A stretch of DNA of 64,000 bases, from positions 19,716,001 through 19,780,000 of the forward strand of contig JBHGNT010000004.1 in the NCBI GenBank assembly GCA_043228905.1. The letters are read 5' to 3'. This document shows positions 59,951-64,000 of the stretch, piece by piece (position 1 is the first letter of the stretch; each line of letters begins with the position of its first letter). This DNA comes from Azolla caroliniana (Eukaryota; Plantae; Polypodiophyta). Position numbers and translations under genes: made by a program. The notes beneath the pieces were generated by a model, which was not told the DNA's origin, made no database searches, and saw nothing but the letters and a program-made list of their open reading frames with translations.

Positions 59951-60620
59951 ACATTTCATATTGATAATTTGTGATACATCACTCCCTTCGACCAATTCAA
60001 TGTGAAAGAAATTCCGTCCCATATTATCCACATTCTTTATCTGTGGGACCTTATCCATTAAAGCTACTTGTAGCATGTCATGGACCATACCTCTATTGGG
60101 CCTACCACCAAGTAGCTTACAAACGAACGAACACTTCTTTAATCTTTTGATCTCGGCATTTAGGATTGTACTTTCTTCTTCGGACAGAAAAACATCCAAT
60201 ACCTCAGAAGTTCCCATCATTTTCAAATCCTTATCATGATCTCCTCTCAGGTCTGCATTATGTGCTTGACCACATTCTTGCAAAAGATTTTCTAGTTGCA
60301 ACGTGTACTCTGTGGCCTCCCTATCCACAATAGCCAGCCCTTGAGGCGACCCTCCTTGCGGTCCCCACTGCCCCTCTTCTACTCCCTCTCCATCCATATG
60401 CCATAATACAAGGTTGGAATGACCTCCACCAACTTCATGCTTCCAGACATCTACTTTCCAAACATCTGATTCTCCCCACACTCGCTAATCCTTGCTGCCA
60501 TCCATTGTGAAGATGGTTGCGGTTGTACTGCTGGCAGGAGCCCTAATCTCCTCTTCCATCCATCCCCTCTTATCTGTCTGATTCACCAATTTCTTAAATA
60601 TCCTTCCAACTCCTCCATTA
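59951..60620 (-). mobile_element. L1-type LINE ORF1 fragment (DUF4283-like)
   Basis: SFVCKLLGGRP...MLQ...MGRNFFHIEL resembles the plant L1 ORF1 N-terminal domain. Confidence 0.55.
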
Positions 60621-62120
60621 ATATGTTTCCCTACGTCTTTCCATGAAATACACAATGATATTAATAAATGGGCATGAAAAACACTATAATGGGTACCACA
60701 ATTGATTGACTTTCCTTTTAAGAATCTAGTCCCTCTAATTTGATTGATTGATTGTTACACAATAATGCATGTAACAAACACTATAATCATACCACAAATT
60801 ATTTGGTTTCATGTTTGGAATCCAACCTCTATCATCCTTTTGTTAGACATCCCTCATAACCTGATTAATGACTCTCGAGTGCCCACCCTCTCTTTGTTTT
60901 GGTGAAAATATACAATGATATTAATAAAATTGTTGTGAAGAACACTAATGGTACCACGACTTATTTTTTTCACAAACTACATGGGTAGTGGAACATGTTG
61001 AATCGACAATAGGAAAGATGAACACTCAATTGAGAAAAGAAATTCGACGTACTCCAATAAGAAAATTTGACATATTATTACTCCCTTTATTCACTTTTTC
61101 ATATATTCTCTATGTCCATGCCAACAATCAAATATAAAACCATTATGCATATCCCAGTTATGATTCAATTCCCAATACCATAGAAAGACCAAAATGATCT
61201 CCATCTTTGATCTTGGGTCAAACTATATAAATTATGCCAACACCCATTGCCTTGGGTCAAATAACAACATTCTAGAACTTGCCAAATTTGAGAAATATCA
61301 CTTATCGCATGCTCAACATATAAGGTAATTTGTAAGAGGATGATGATTTCTAAGAGGGCATGATAATGTAAGTGACATACTCAAATGTCCATTGAGAAGG
61401 GTGAGCACATATGTGCAAGCATTCTTTTCATAATATAGAGTTTTCACTACAAAGTAGTAACCTCTGTTCTTAGGAAAGAATCACAAACACGATGATATGT
61501 TGATTTGGCTTTATAGGTCAAAATTGGCCTCATCATGGACGATAAAACATCTATTCTATATTCCCTCTCTATTTTGTTTATTTTATTTATTTATTTAATT
61601 TTATTTTTGATGATTGGGTAAACACCCTAATTTGTTGTAAACCAATAGTCTCATGGACTAAATTTGGCCTTAGAAGATTGATGGCTTTAAAGGTTAATAA
61701 TCTATCTATTCACAATCATCTCTCAATTTGTGATGACTTGGCATTTACAACCCTAAAATTAATATAAGCGAGATATAAGTTGTCAAAAAAGACTGCTTGG
61801 CCATAGTTACAACTATAAGCTAAAATAGACCTTCCCACCATAGTTACAACTATATTTGCAATGATTACTGTTTATCTCTACAAAATAGACCTTCTTACCA
61901 TAGTTACAACTTACAACTATATTTGCATATTGTCTATGTCTACAAACCAATGTGAAGGCTTTGTTTGATAATACCCAATGATGCTTTGAATCTTCTAAGA
62001 TACTAGGCATTGTTTAAGAGAGGATTGACGTTCTTATGGAATTGAGAGCATGGAGAAATATATTCAACAATATAACCCGTGCACAAGGAATGTAATGCAT
62101 TGAACCTCTTGAGTAGTGCC

Positions 62121-62970
62121 CATGTAGGGATGTGTAAATTGGGCTTCCCAAGTAATATTTGTTTTAGAAGTTTGTATTATGTGAAGGTCCTTTGTGTGTT
62201 AGGACACTACTAGCAATGGGCTTGGTTCGGTTTCTTAGCCTTGAAACCAAACCAAACTATTTAAAAATTATGAAGCCATTTAAACTGAACTGTTTAGAGC
62301 CGAACAATTTAAACCAAACCGTTTCAAAACCAAATTGGTTTATCATAAATAAAAACCAAACCAAACCAAACCATTTTTGACAGATATTGATCACCATACT
62401 TATTATAAATTTGTGTGAGAAAATCATTATAAATTTGGTCATCATACTTATCATAAATTTTGTTATCATACTTATTATAAATTTGATTATCATACTTATC
62501 ATAAATTTTGTCATCGTAAATAAAAAGGAAACTTTGCATATAATGCATATAAAATTGAATAAGTTAAAACTTGGGTTTAAAATTAAAAGTTGAAAGTTAG
62601 AGCCTATAGGGAAAATTTAGGTGTATTTTTAACCTTTAAACCGAAACCGATAAACCATGGAATTCAAAACCAAAACAAATTGTTTATTTATCTTCGAACC
62701 AATAAACCATTAAGCCACAGTTAAACGGTTCAATTCGGTTTGAGACGAAACCAAGCCCATTGCGAGTCACAACCCCTAGGAGGTTTACAACCTCAACTAT
62801 GCTCCAATATGTACATATATTAGTGCATGTAGGAACGTGTAAATTGGGCTTCCCAAGTAATATTTGTTTTAGAAGTTTGGATTATGCGAAGGTCCTTTGT
62901 GTGCTAGGTCACTACCACTATGAGGTTTACAACCTCAACTATGCTCCAATATGTACATATATTAGTGCAC
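62121..62970. repeat. Tandem duplication of a ~143-bp unit; the first copy carries the MITE
   Basis: CATGTAGG...AAATTGGGCTTCCCAAGTAATATTTG...GAGGTTTACAACCTCAACTATGCTCC occurs twice. Confidence 0.88.
62211..62765. mobile_element. hAT-type MITE
   Basis: TIRs TAGCAATGGGCTTGGTT / AACCAAGCCCATTGCGA; 8-bp flanks GACACTAC / GTCACAAC; empty site GTCACTAC in the adjacent duplicate. Confidence 0.85.
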
Positions 62971-63495
62971 CTTGTAGATGTATTAGTGAAAGATTGTTAA
63001 TTGTTTGCACTCAAAAAAATCACATAACATCACTTTAATTATGTGTAGGTGAAAGATGTTCTCAAATCCTAGACGTATGTTCATTGTACTAGTCAAATGT
63101 ATGAAGACTTATTTTTTACACATTAATAATTATATATATCTTTGATTCAAAAGTGTAAAAGAGTGTGTTTTGTTTGTGATGAACTTTCCAATAGGAGGGT
63201 TTTTAAAAGAACACGAATATCAAAGGTTTGAATAATGATTCCATTGTTTTACATTCGAGGGTACAAGATATTAGCTTTTACCTTTGTTGGTTGCTTTAGA
63301 GAAGTGAGGAACGAGATAATGTGTGTAAAAAGTAAAGAGAGACCACAATAAAGAGAAAGAAACCTAAAATAATCTTCTAAGAGACCAAAATATCTAATGA
63401 CACCAAATGAGAAGTGACATATTAGCCACAAGTTAGCCAAAGTGTGAAATATTATTCGCATGCATTATAGAAAGATCTTTTTAAAATCTAGTCGC

Positions 63496-63659
63496 GATCG
63501 TCCTTTCATTCATCCATTATAATTTGATTGGTCGACCCCCCAACCTCTCTCCCAACCTCTCTTTCTTTTGGTGAACACACGCACACACATAGATCGTCCT
63601 TTCATTCATCCATCATAATTTGATTGGTCGACCCCCCAACCTCTCTTTGTTTTCGTGAC

Positions 63660-63703
<44 letters not shown>
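63496..63703. repeat. ~95-bp direct duplication ending in (AC)n
   Basis: GATCGTCCTTTCATTCATCCA..ATAATTTGATTGGTCGACCCCC occurs at about 63496 and 63592. Confidence 0.85.
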
Positions 63704-63705
<2 letters not shown>

Positions 63706-64000
63706 GATATTAATATAAATGGGTGTGAAAAACACAATAATGCTAGCGGGTGATATCATATAATGCAACATACTTGAATGCATTTGCAAACATTCTTTCT
63801 CATACGTTTGCAAATGAATGAGTATGTTATGAAAACATACTTATTATTTTTAAAAATTTTTTTACTTTAACTTCCTTACCTTAAAAAAAGTTGAAAAGAA
63901 TTTTTTTTACCTTATAATAAATAATGAATACAAAAATATGGTATTTACTATTTACAATATGTACTTCAAGGGTGTTTACTCGAATGCAAATGCACATATG

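Overview
Land-plant nuclear DNA (a non-seed plant such as a fern is my inference from gene and TE content). Two convergent host genes lie in the first 18 kb. One is a two-exon tetraspanin (+, 3217-6838). The other is a four-exon, 96-aa small membrane-protein gene (-, 17691-11818) that the ORF track misses; its first coding exon is only the ATG and its last intron holds nested RTE-like LINE remnants. From about 18.5 to 57.7 kb is a five-level nest of LTR retrotransposons, most boundaries resolved by TG..CA ends and TSDs: old Copia Z > Copia A (TSD TGATA) > two head-to-head Gypsy D arms, Copia F (GTTGC) and gag-only Gypsy E > a solo LTR (CTTAC) and chromovirus B (GATAA) > young Gypsy C (GCGT). 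The right end has Copia and LINE fragments and a hAT-type MITE. Most notable signals: (i) an antisense Pol III A-box/B-box pair with a fixed 32-nt spacer in the LTRs of three different Gypsy families; (ii) a Tf1-like self-priming PBS plus a -1 frameshift signal in chromovirus B; (iii) a gag-pro/-1/pol organisation with a conserved GGAUUUU + pseudoknot, tRNA-Trp priming and 4-bp CG-centred target sites in the C/D/E lineage; (iv) apparent arm-to-arm homogenisation of the inverted D copies. Identities are estimated by eye and no searches were run.
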